From contig OZ024741.1 in NCBI GenBank assembly GCA_964016885.1, positions 95,728,001 to 95,792,000 of the forward strand: 64,000 nucleotides of DNA. The letters are read 5' to 3'. The notes under the pieces were generated by a model. The model worked only from the letters and a program-made list of their open reading frames with translations, was not told where the DNA came from and ran no database searches. The translations under genes and the position numbers were made by a program. Numbering within the stretch: position 1 is the first letter of the stretch; each line of letters opens with the position of its first letter. The DNA is from Eledone cirrhosa. Lineage: Eukaryota. Shown here piece by piece: positions 26,723-40,172 of this stretch.

Positions 26723-26936
26723 GTTTTTAACAACGTCATATGTATGTGTTAATCGTTTCCGCGAACAATAGCGCTTTAGTGGTGTAACAGCGGTTATTTG
26801 GCACAACTCCTAAAACAAATAAAAATAAAAGAGAGCAATAAATGAAAACAACAACAATTCTAGCTTAAACAGCAACTACAAAAGTATCAGATTGAAAGCT
26901 AATGCAAATTTAAAATATCGTTCTCTCTTTCTCTCC

Positions 26937-26969
<33 letters not shown>

Positions 26970-26983
26970 GGAATTTTGCCCGT

Positions 26984-27038
<55 letters not shown>

Positions 27039-27048
27039 ATATATATAC

Positions 27049-27097
<49 letters not shown>

Positions 27098-27170
27098 CAT
27101 ATATATATATACACACACACACGCACACATATATATATATATATATACATACACATATATATATACACAC

Positions 27171-27263
<93 letters not shown>

Positions 27264-27784
27264 AAGAAAACATTATCCTCACAAAGAAATAAATTAAATA
27301 TATGAAATAGAAGCAATACAATCGAAATAATACTAAAGGGTGTATAGAAAAAAAATTATAGATGAAACGACATCTTTACAATAAAAGTATGACAATCAAA
27401 ACAACAATAACAACGACAATAACAACAATAGTAAGAACGACAACAACAATTATACTCCATATCACTTATAGTAATGGCAGAAGGGAAAATAACAACAACA
27501 ACAACAACAACAACAACAAAGGCATGAGCGATCAGTGATTAATCATGCGTAAAATACATTTTGGTAAACGTGTAAAAACTAAATCATATGTCATTAGGTT
27601 TGTTGGACAATGGTGACGAATTCTTCGTGGAATTCTGTCACAGAATATGTTAATATTTCTATGAGATTCAATTATTGAATTGTGAAGCAAAGGAGTCATT
27701 TTTGGCACCATTTTTTTCTATTTTTGCAACGTCAGGGGTGGCGAAATATGCTTATATATTATATATATATATGTATATATATAT

Positions 27785-27836
<52 letters not shown>

Positions 27837-27844
27837 TTATATAT

Positions 27845-27945
<101 letters not shown>

Positions 27946-27978
27946 TTATATATTATATATATATATGTATATATATAT

Positions 27979-28028
<50 letters not shown>

Positions 28029-28036
28029 TTATATAT

Positions 28037-28124
<88 letters not shown>

Positions 28125-28132
28125 GTATATAT

Positions 28133-28173
<41 letters not shown>

Positions 28174-28307
28174 CAAAATTTAGTACAGCATAATCGCGGC
28201 TCTGACTGCAGCTAAGCTAACGAATGCAATATATATATATATATGTGTGTGTGTGTATGCATATATATATGTGTATATATATAAATATATATTTATATAT
28301 ATATAAA

Positions 28308-28682
28308 TTCCCGATCTTGGAACAGCAATAAATATTAAAGTGAGGGTAACCAGTACATATGGTTATAGGTAGGAGAAAACAGTGCCAAAATATGGCTTTA
28401 TATGAAATATACACGGATATTATGTAAAATGAATCAATGAACATTTGAAAAAATGACAAAAATAACGTACATACGTGTTTCGAAGATAGTATGGTATACG
28501 GATAAACATGTATATAAATATATATATATATGTGTGTGTGAATGGGTGTGTGTGTGTGTGTGTGTGGAAACACACACGGGACCTCATATATATGAAATGA
28601 TTAAGCTTATATGTGTCTAAATTAAAAATGCGCATTCTATCTGCATGTATGTGTGTGTTTGTGTGTGTGTGTGTGTGTGTGA

Positions 28683-28757
<75 letters not shown>

Positions 28758-28921
28758 TGTTTGTGTGCGACAAACTTCTTTTTTTTAATGCACTTACACA
28801 CACACACGCCCTATATATATACAGTGTGTGTGTGTGTAAGTGCATTAAAAAATAGAAGTTTGTCGCTAACTTTTGTTTGGAATTCTTTGAACAGTGTAAT
28901 CATACATATACCAGACCAAAG

Positions 28922-29004
<83 letters not shown>

Positions 29005-29240
29005 ATTCACACACACATATATATATATATTTATATACATGTTTATCCGTATACCATACTATCTTCGAAACACGTATGTACGTTATTTTTGTCATTTTTT
29101 CAAATGTTCATTGATTCATTTTACATAATATCCGTGTATATTTCATATAAAGCCATATTTTTGCACTGTTTTCTCCTACCTATAACCATATGTACTGGTT
29201 ACCCTCACTTTAATATTTATTGCTGTTCCAAGATCGGGAA
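28308..29240. repeat. Long inverted duplication (~255-bp arms) enclosing a second ~40-bp inverted repeat (28768-28866)
   Basis: TTCCCGATCTTGGAACAGC... at 28308 pairs with ...GCTGTTCCAAGATCGGGAA at 29240. ORF-track peptides 28217(-) and 29089(+) are near-identical. Confidence 0.92.
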
Positions 29241-29503
29241 CAATAAACTCAGAGTAAATATTAGTAAAATACGCACATAGACACACACATACATACACGC
29301 ATATTATATATATATCAAAAGAGATCGATATATATTATATCGATAATGCGGCTTTATGTTTGTTCAATGAGGGAAATGAAGAGCGCTTGTACAGTACCAA
29401 TATCATAGGAAACCACATATCTAATAGTTTGAAGAGCAGAGAACAATATATTCAGGCTAGAAAATAGAGGCAGAATAAGTATTATACTTACTTAGCCACT
29501 AAG

Positions 29504-29579
<76 letters not shown>

Positions 29580-29581
<2 letters not shown>

Positions 29582-30275
29582 GGGGTGACTATAGAGTCTC
29601 TCTCAGATTATAAAACTTTATTAAGCAAAACAGAAACAAGGTTGAAAAACAGTTTTTGGCACACTTATAGCATATGCCCAGAAGTTTCTTTCATTTAGAT
29701 ATGAACTTCAATGAACTTCAACATGGGTCCCACACGTCACTTGAATCATATCTAAGTGATTTTCAATTTCACGCCATGTGTTCTGAAGCATATCAACTGT
29801 GACGGATGCTATTGATTCAGTTATCCTTTCAAGATCACGAACCGGTGTACGGTACACATTGTCCTTCACATACACCTATGAAAAGAAAGTCAAGAAGAGT
29901 AATGTCTGGCGAACGTGGAGGCCATGGTGTTGGACCACCTCTTCTAATCGATGGATTAGAAGAGGTGTTTGGAAAGGTTGCGTTCAAAAGTTGACAGTCA
30001 CGTAAGCCCCAAAGTGGAGAAGCCCCATCTGTCGGAAGACTATCTGTGGCTGACATTCTACCAAATGTTCCCGTACGTCCAGGTAAATGTTTGCTGAAAT
30101 GGTAGATTCAGCAAAAAAGTCCAATGACTATGTTATGCATCAGACAGCACCAAACATTTACCTTACCGCTGACTCTCTGGTGCTCGAACACAACGTGTGA
30201 GTTCTCTGATCCCCAAATCCACACATTGTATCTATTAACTTTTCCTGATACGTGGAAAGTAGCCTCGTGGAAAAT
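29580..30275 (-). mobile_element. Tc1/mariner DNA transposon remnant (transposase C-terminus and one TIR)
   Basis: IRRGGPTPWPPRSPDITLLDFL (WPPRSPDL motif); AGGGGGTGACTATAGAGTC TIR-like end next to TA/GA repeats. Confidence 0.75.
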
Positions 30276-31130
30276 GGTTTCTTATGGGGAAACTATGGTA
30301 GGGAGAATTATATATTAGCAAAGTTAGAAGAAAAAAGTATTTCTGTCTTTCTTGTTTATATTCCCATAATTAGAGTTTCTTCTCACTTACTTTTAAGATA
30401 TTATATTGCTTCTCGGAGAGATTTCTTTCATTGAGATGTTTGGGTATTAGTGACTAATTAACCATTAATTAATATTTAACTGCTCCGAAATTTGTCGAGC
30501 TGTACTTGACGGTCTTTCGGCTGCTATTTCTAGCGACGTTATAAGCCTGTCGTGTAGTCAGAGCGTAACACTACACGTATTATATTACCATGCTGCCCCG
30601 GCTTTGGAAACAATACATATTATATTTCGTTCCATTTCTTTTAGAGTTGAAGAATTTTAACTCGCCTGAAGAATGTGGTGAGTCTTGAATTATTGGTAGT
30701 TTCAATAATGGTTCTTCCCCATATGAAACCATGGTAGGGAGATCTATTTGTAAGCGAAGTTAGATGAAAAAAAATTCCGTCTATCTTGTTTACACTCCCG
30801 TAATTTAATTTTAATATATAATACATATAATATTTTGGAAATAATCTATCGGGGCATTGAGTAGATTAAAATTCGTTGAAAATAGGAAATATCAAAAGCA
30901 GAAAATAACTGTAATCACAGTGGATGGATATAAATAATGGCTTAGAAAATCAGTAAAATACCTCCATTGGTAGAAAAAAGTGGCCAGCAGCCGTTACGAA
31001 GAATCGAACTCCATACCACTCATACATATATCTATGCATATATATATGTTTATACATGTATGTAGATATATATGTATGCATATATGTATACGTATTCGCA
31101 TAGGAATATCATTTGCACGTGTATGCTTTC

Positions 31131-31175
<45 letters not shown>

Positions 31176-31225
31176 GTTTGTGTATGTGTGTGTGCGTGTG
31201 TGTGCGTTTGTGTGTGTGTGTATGT

Positions 31226-31274
<49 letters not shown>

Positions 31275-31498
31275 CGAAGGCATTTTTATATTCTTCAACA
31301 TTCATGTCTGCTCATCTGATTAAATAGATCCTCTTCCATATAAACGCTTATTCATAGATAGAGCAATTAAGAATCTTTATTAACAACAGATAATTTCGTT
31401 TTAATTATTTCTATTTTTAATATAATACATATTACCCACTGAAACTACAAAACATTTAAATATTAAACATCGTTTTTTTTTTACTCTCTGCATCTTCT

Positions 31499-32470
<972 letters not shown>

Positions 32471-32935
32471 TATATATTTATTTTATTAGATACAAACAAT
32501 ATTTTATCGATATTTTATTAAATATTCTAAGTAGATAATACAAATTACAAATTATATATTTGGCTGCCCCGCAGTGAAAACAGTATAATTGATTTAATTG
32601 ATTTCTTGTTATTTGTTGCTGACTTTGATGTTGAAAAGAAAGTATTTATTAATTATCATGGTTTTCTGCTATTGCCTAGGAGAGTTTCTACTTGATGAAT
32701 ATAATTTATATTAGATAAGTGGAGAGAAAGATCGAGCGTAGTAGAGAGCAAGAGGTGAGCTCTTGGCAAGACAGCTGCTGAAAAAAGGGCGATTGCTTGT
32801 GAGATTGAAATAAAGCGAATGGTGTAGTGTAAGGATTACAAATGGTGGGATGTTGGTAATATTGTTGACTTCATCTACGCCAAGATGTTACTGGTATCTA
32901 TTTATTTTATCGACGCCTGAGTGATAAGAGATAAT

Positions 32936-33137
32936 GCGAGGGTCGGCTGAAAAGTTTATAGGTTGACTATGAAGGAGTGATGCTAGGGCTATGAAATCTT
33001 GCATGCATTAATTTCAACTCTTCTTATTAATAACTGTATTGTCTCTTTTCAGCGACTATATTAATAAATAAAACTCATTTGGTCATTCCATGAGAGTATA
33101 TTGGTTATCCTATGACCCCCGTCAGCCGACCTATGTA
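32936..33137. mobile_element. Mariner-type MITE (~200 bp)
   Basis: Imperfect TIRs CGAGGGTCGGCTGAAAAGTTTATAGG ... CCTATGACCCCCGTCAGCCGACCTATGTA. Confidence 0.6.
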
Positions 33138-33142
33138 ATGTA

Positions 33143-34040
33143 TTGGTGGATTGGCAGAACTGTTAGCCTATCGGATGGAATGTTTTCAGTATTTGTTATG
33201 GTGCTTTATATTCCGAGTTCAAATCCCGCCGAGATCAACTTTGCCTTTCATTCTTCCGAGGTCGATAAAATAAAGTACCAGTTAAGTACTGACGTCAATT
33301 TAATCGACTTGCTCCTCCCACCAATTTTTCTGGTCTTATGCCTCTGTTAGAAACTATTATTATTAGCCCTAGGGCAGTGGATTGGCAGTATCAGTAGAGG
33401 GTCGGACGTCATGCTTTGCAGCATAGAATTACGTCCCTTTACGGTCTGAGTTCAAATCCCGCCGAGGTTAACTTTGCCTTTCATCCTTACGGGGGCGATA
33501 AAATAAATGCACTGGGATAATTGCTGGCCTTGTGCCATAAGTAGAAATAATAATTATTATTCCTAGAGCGGAAGATTGGCAGTGTCGATAGAGCATTAGA
33601 CAAAATGCAGTTACGGCTTTCTACATTCTGAGATCAAATCCAGCCGAGGGCAACTTTGCCTTTTATCCTTCCCAGGTTGGGAAAATAAAGTATCTGTAAA
33701 GTACTGGGATCGATATAATCGACTTTCCCCTCTCCTTCAAATTGCGGCCTTGTGCCAAATGTCCACACAATTATTACTCCTTCATCGAGCAAATCTATGA
33801 TTAAGGTATACCAGTTGTGACCACCCCGTATTATAATGCCAATACTCATAATGTTCTACTGATACTGCCAATCCATGGGCGGTGGATTGGCAGTATCGCC
33901 AGAGCGTCCGTCATACACCATGCTTCAAATCCTGCAGAGGTTAACTTGGCCTTTCATGCTTACGGAGACGATAAAATAAAGCACCAGCAATGCACTGGGG
34001 GTAATTGCTGACCTTGTGCCCCAAAGTAGAAACAATTATA
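33143..34040 (+). mobile_element. Head-to-tail array of four SINE units (~200-230 bp)
   Basis: Repeated GGATTGGCAG...GAGTTCAAATCCCGCCGAGG..AACTTTGCCTTTCAT...GATAAAATAAA...GGCCTTGTGCC..AGTAGAAA. Confidence 0.85.
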
Positions 34041-37000
34041 ATAGGTGCATTTAGGAATTAATGTGTTCTGTCCATTTCTACAACGCTAGACAGCGATTTG
34101 AAGGAGATTTAGCTATCATTTTTAGCACATCGAGCCACACTGCAGATGCTTTCACGAATAGCTTGTATAAGCATAGTTGTTAACATATAGTCACAAGTCA
34201 GCTCTGATCGAGAAGTCCTATGGTAGATAAGTAGTCGTATGGACGACTAATAGTCGCCCACAGATCTGTTGTTTCTAGTTATACCATACTACTTACTCCG
34301 ATATGGTGTGTTGCATTGTATGACATTGCAGAGTGGTAGTTTTAACATATTGCTGCGCACTGCGACCTGCAGCCTGGTACTATATGGAGTTGTAGTGTTG
34401 CAGCCTTAAATTATTATAGCACATTTTGATATGCAATGTTGTATTGTATTATGTTGCATTGTGACACTCTGAACGAACATATTACTGCACACAACGGCAT
34501 GTAGTGCTGTATTGTATGGCAGTTTTTTCAATACTCTCATCACACTGCCGAAAACTTAGTTTCTTTCTCGAACAAGATAATATGTTTTAAGCAAATACAT
34601 ATACTTTGGTAAAACCAATTTTACTAATTTTTATGCTATTTGAATATATAAGTAATTGATATGTCACAAATCAGACGGCAAATTAGTGGGACCGTTAAAA
34701 CATCGGATAAATGCTTTTTTTTTTTTTAATATTAATTTTAGTGTTTTGAGTTCAAATCCTACCTCATCTATTCGAGGTCAATATATAAACTACTAGACCA
34801 ATACTGGGGTCGGGTATTCCTCTATTTATCTCTCCTTACTTCCACTCTATTACTTTCTTTCATTTTCTAGAAGAAATATGATATGTTCAGACCTAGAAAA
34901 GGATGGGATCCGCCAGGTTTGAAGTTCTCAAGACACGTCGTATATCACTACGGGGCACATACATCACCAATACAAATGTCATCGCCAACTCAATAGTCAC
35001 TACCATACAACTACTATTACCACTATTAGTACTACTATTATTACTTCCACCCCTATCACTAGCATCCTCACCCACACCATTATCATCAACCTCCTCCCCG
35101 TTGAAGCTATCATCAGCACTATCATCACTACTGCCATCATAATCACCATCACCAGTATCATCATAACAACTATTATCAACACCTTCATCAAAATCATCAC
35201 CTCCTGTTTCTTGAGGAGTTTCTGACTATTTTTGCTGCTTTCTCTGCTGTTGTTTTACTGATTTTGTTATTGTTATTGTTGTTCTTGCTGCTGCTACTTT
35301 TTGCTGTAGTAGTTTTTATCTATAACATTGTTGTTGTTGCTGTTTTCGAACATTTCCCATTCTTACTAACATCATGGTTCTGTTGTTAATTTCACTGCTA
35401 TTGTATTTTAACATCTTCTACTGCTTTGTAACCGACTTTTGTAATGTCTACTCTCTTATCCTCACGCTGTTGTTATTATTTTGTAACTTCACACACTACA
35501 TTTGTTTTAAATCGTCTTTGTAATGCCCCACCAATAGTCGTCAATGTAGCAATAAAAAATAATATTATAATCATTTTTAGAAGTAGTGAAACTAATATTG
35601 GCATCATTTATTTGAGGTTTTTGGTTTTGTTGATTTTATTTAGTTCTGGTTTTGACATCTGGAGTGTCGTCGAGTGTCCTTAGCCCGTTAACAATTGCTT
35701 TTTTAACCACAGTTCAGTCCTGCCTGAACAGACATATGATCCTGTCGTTCCATACGTTCCAGTCACAACCATCCCATTCTGCCAGATTGACTATATAAAA
35801 CTACATCATCTAATGTGTTAAGCATTATATATATGGCGAATCAACTAAGAATGTCCTTTCAATTTTAAGACTAAAACTTCCTTTGCAGGTGTTTTAAGTT
35901 AGGTTAGTGAAAGCAACGGACATGTTTCAAAGATGCATAATGATGTCGAATAGGCAGAATCATTAGAGTATCGGATAAAATGATGCTTTGTATTATTTGT
36001 TCTGGCTCTTTGCGTTCTGAGTTCAAATCTCACCGAGGTCAATTTCATTTTTCATCATTTCGGGTTCGATAAAGTATCCGTATAGTACTGAGGTCGATTA
36101 ATCTTCAGCTTTCTTTCTTCAAGAAATAGGGTGTCAGATCTGGAGAGGGATTGGCTTCGCAAGGTTCCGATGCCTAAGACTGAAAAATAACTGAGCCAGA
36201 AGATCCATTTCACAATCCGATAAACTCATATTACAGCTCTGGTGTATATGATATGGTTATCTCATATATCCTATATCAACTGAAAATCGTATTGCCTTAC
36301 CACAGTCTTAGTATTATACAGGGATGATGGTCATGTTTTCCCCAACCATTGTGATGTCCACATATTGGATTCACTCTGTAAATAACTAATACCTACCTTC
36401 CATAACCTAGGCCTTAAAACAACGGTTAGCACTAAACAAAACAAGACATATGTCCTAAATGTTAAACTTGACTTAAGAACAGGTATTCACAAGTCCCTTC
36501 CAAAAATGAGGGAGAAACCTAGATACATAAATGGAATATCATACTACCACCATTTTAAGGTAGAAGAAGTTTATCTCCAATATTAGTCGCAGAATTTTTC
36601 ATCTATCCCATCTAAAGTTATATCAAATAAGGTAGCTCCCATATTAAAAAAGGGCTTTACCAGATAGCGCCTTCAAATAGATTAAAAAGAGACATTTTAA
36701 GAAAAGCTATTACCTTCATTTCTCATCATTTAAATTTGGTAAATTGAGAATTTCCATATCATTGGCGAACCTCGTATGGGCATTAAAAGCAGGAATTAAA
36801 ATTAGTATCGAATAAAGAGTACTTGTAAAAGCTAAATCCTATATTAAGGGATCCAGAAGATGCAGGCTTTGCACCACTGAAAAGACCCTAATCCTTCAAG
36901 GATTGAAATTCTCCAATAAATATTTTAATTTCAAGAGGGAGATATTAACATCTTGATCACATTTTAGAAAGTACCTGCCTAAAGTTTGGAAAAAGTATCT

Positions 37001-37335
37001 TCTGAACTATTCGCCACCCAGCCAATCGACCCACTCATACTGACTTGTATCAGCCTTTTCAACTTTATACATAAACATCTAATATATATATATCAACTCG
37101 TGGAAATATACACACACTCACTAAACAACTGTTTCATCCACAAAGGTACATAACACAATGTATAATGACAGGGTGGTCATCTCTGCATAGTGTCTTTCCA
37201 TTTTATATCACAGATTTTATTCTTTCAAGATCTCTCGCAAACTATCCACCAGCCATTGTATATATTTAACCCCACCTAAAGCATGATTTCGACTTGAAAC
37301 TTCTATGTAGCTCTGACAAATGTGATGTAATATCG

Positions 37336-37400
<65 letters not shown>

Positions 37401-37882
37401 TGTTTTGGAAGCCTCAACAATGCAGATGGGTAAATGTCCGGGTAACAGAATCAGGTGGTAATGATTCTGTTACCTGCAGATTTACCCTTCTGTATTGTTG
37501 ATGCTTCCAAAACGACTTTTTTTAAAATTATTCCACAATGTTTCAAGCAAACTTCAAGACTCTCGTATATATATATATATCCAAGGCGGGTAAAATTCCA
37601 GAGATCCATGGACGAGTTCTCTCCAGCGGTCTCTGTCCCTCATTATCGCTGCCATGTCCTGCTTCTCCAACAGACCAGTGTCTGTCCTTAGGGCATCAAC
37701 ATACGTTAACCTTGGACTTCATCAGAGCTGTATGGGAGCCTCCCAAAAGTCAGCTCAAGAGTAACACAGAGGAGACTGAGGTTAGGTGGACATGCTCACC
37801 GACATCCAGAGTTGACACTGCACTCAATTCTCCTGTGGGAGCCCCTGCATGGACACACTGGAAGAGGACGACCAAGGTTAAA

Positions 37883-37931
<49 letters not shown>

Positions 37932-38039
37932 GCAATATCCGTAGGGGTGAGAAAGAAAAAGGAAAACACTGCTCAATCGGGAAGAGAGCAGAAATATCAT
38001 ATTATATATGTTCATACACGGAACACAAATGGAGGTATG

Positions 38040-38134
<95 letters not shown>

Positions 38135-38180
38135 AAGTAAAATAAATAAGTCAAATGTTTAAAATTTAGCTTCGTTTATT

Positions 38181-38235
38181 ACTGCTATATATATTTCGGT
38201 GACAGCCATCTTTGGCTGTGACCTCTTCAGGCAGT
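38181..38235 (-). ncRNA. Hammerhead ribozyme motif, family H1 (left arm of inverted repeat)
   Basis: Reverse complement of the 38377-38431 motif with intact core. Confidence 0.8.
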
Positions 38236-38376
38236 CCGAATTAGTGTGGTATAGACAAGTACATATGTTGTTGAGGTGTATAACCTTGTCAATACTCTGT
38301 ATAACATGTATAACTCTGTATAACCCAAGGTGTATAACCCAAGGTGTATAACCTTGTCTATACCATACTAATTCGG

Positions 38377-38431
38377 ACTGCCTGAAGAGGTCACAGCCAA
38401 AGATGGCTGCCACCGAAATATATATAGCAGT
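38377..38431 (+). ncRNA. Hammerhead ribozyme motif, family H1 (right arm of inverted repeat)
   Basis: ACTGC CTGAAGA GGTCACAGCCA aaga TGGCTGCCACC GAAA TATATAT A GCAGT. Confidence 0.8.
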
Positions 38432-38477
38432 AATAAACGAAGCTAAATTTTAAACATTTGACTTATTTATTTTACTT

Positions 38478-38571
<94 letters not shown>

Positions 38572-38678
38572 TATATAATATATATATATATATATTTGCT
38601 TATTTATGTTCATACACGGAACAAAGGTATTACCCAAGGTTTCAAGGCATAAATTTGGCTTCGTTTATTATAATTCTG

Positions 38679-38731
38679 TGCTATATATATTTCAGTGGCA
38701 GCTATTATTGGCTGTGACCTCATCAGGCAGT
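38679..38731 (-). ncRNA. Hammerhead ribozyme motif, family H1 variant with CUGAUGA core
   Basis: Minus strand: ACTGC CTGATGA GGTCACAGCCAATAATAGCTGCCACT GAAA TATATAT A GCA. The core differs from other H1 copies at the freely variable N7 position. Confidence 0.72.
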
Positions 38732-38765
38732 ACGAATTAATGTAGAAAAACAACCAACACATACT

Positions 38766-38819
<54 letters not shown>

Positions 38820-38823
<4 letters not shown>

Positions 38824-39256
38824 TGTTATACTTTGGGAGGGTCACGCTGCCAATAAAAAGCACACACACCTGATGGTTTTCACTACAATTTATTATAAAT
38901 TTCTGTTTGGTTGGTTTGTTCGTTCGAAAACCGGATGGTTGTTTATATATTGTCAAAACTCTTTCGTCACCTCCTCAGTGACTAGGTTTTTATTTTGTGT
39001 CCCTCCTTTGTTCTGTCCCACACCATCTTGTATGACAGAACAAAGGAAATACACAAAATAAAGACCTAGTCAGTGAGGAGGTTGCAGAATGTGTGAGGAA
39101 AGAGCTTTGACAATATGTAAACAACCATCCGGTTATCGAACCAACCAACCAGCCAACCAACTAACCAACCTGAAATTTATAATAAATTGAAGTGAAAATC
39201 AACATGCATGCGTATTTTTCTTGGCAGCATGACCCTCCCAAAGTATGACAATATCT
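38820..39256. repeat. Imperfect fold-back element (~200-bp arms)
   Basis: ATATTGTTATACTTTGGGAGGGTCA... pairs with ...TGACCCTCCCAAAGTATGACAATAT; axis ~39025. Confidence 0.88.
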
Positions 39257-39310
39257 GTTTCAACACAAGTTTTCAGATAAGAAATCTTGCAAAGCAAATT
39301 CAAAAACGAA

Positions 39311-39438
<128 letters not shown>

Positions 39439-39934
39439 ATGTGTGTGTTTATGTGTGTGTTTGTGTGTGTTTGTTTATGGCATACTCTTGTGTTCGTTTG
39501 TTGATGCTTTTTATTGAGTCGTTTTAAAATGTAAACAAAATCTCTCAGTACTAAAAATAATTACTTTTATATTCAAGTTGAATGGTAGTTCGGGTGATGA
39601 CGGTGCTGTCGATGGTATTTTTCGGTAGTATTGGTTTGATGTTAATTTTATTGTTGCTAGTGGTGAATGTGGAAAATATTTCGAGCACTATTGGCGGTTG
39701 TGTGTGGTTGGGGAGTTGTAACAAGAGATGAATGATGCTGTCTAATCTTTAGATGATTATTTTCAGCTTTTTCCACTGTCTCTTTGTCTATTTTAAAGTC
39801 AATTTAAAAAACAAAAAGTTGTCTCCCGTCTGTCTCATTTGTCATACCCTACCTTTTTTTGAATCTCCTTCTTCCTTTTACCTTTCTATAACCGTTTTCA
39901 GTCTAGCTTTCTTTCTTTCTTTCTTTCTTTCTTC

Positions 39935-40024
<90 letters not shown>

Positions 40025-40087
40025 ATTTCTATTTAATCCCTCCCTACATCCTTCCCTCCATCCATTCTTCCATCCATCCTTTTATCA

Positions 40088-40172
<85 letters not shown>

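Larger units (their letters stand above)
38128..38484. repeat. Inverted repeat (~130-bp arms) with two divergent hammerheads, embedded in (TA)n
   Basis: Arms 38128-38259 / 38353-38484; spacer of reiterated GTATAAC(C) units; homologous to 3130-3300. Confidence 0.92.

Noticed and set aside
33143-34040. CRISPR-like or tRNA gene array
   Set aside because: Units are ~200+ bp SINE copies without unique spacers or cloverleaf folds, in a eukaryotic context.
39753-40172. N-terminal ~140 aa of the 1047-aa ORF as a novel membrane-domain/RT fusion
   Set aside because: It is read-through of (TTTC)n and (TATC)n upstream of truncated copy D; homology starts at THRQGPGYWK.
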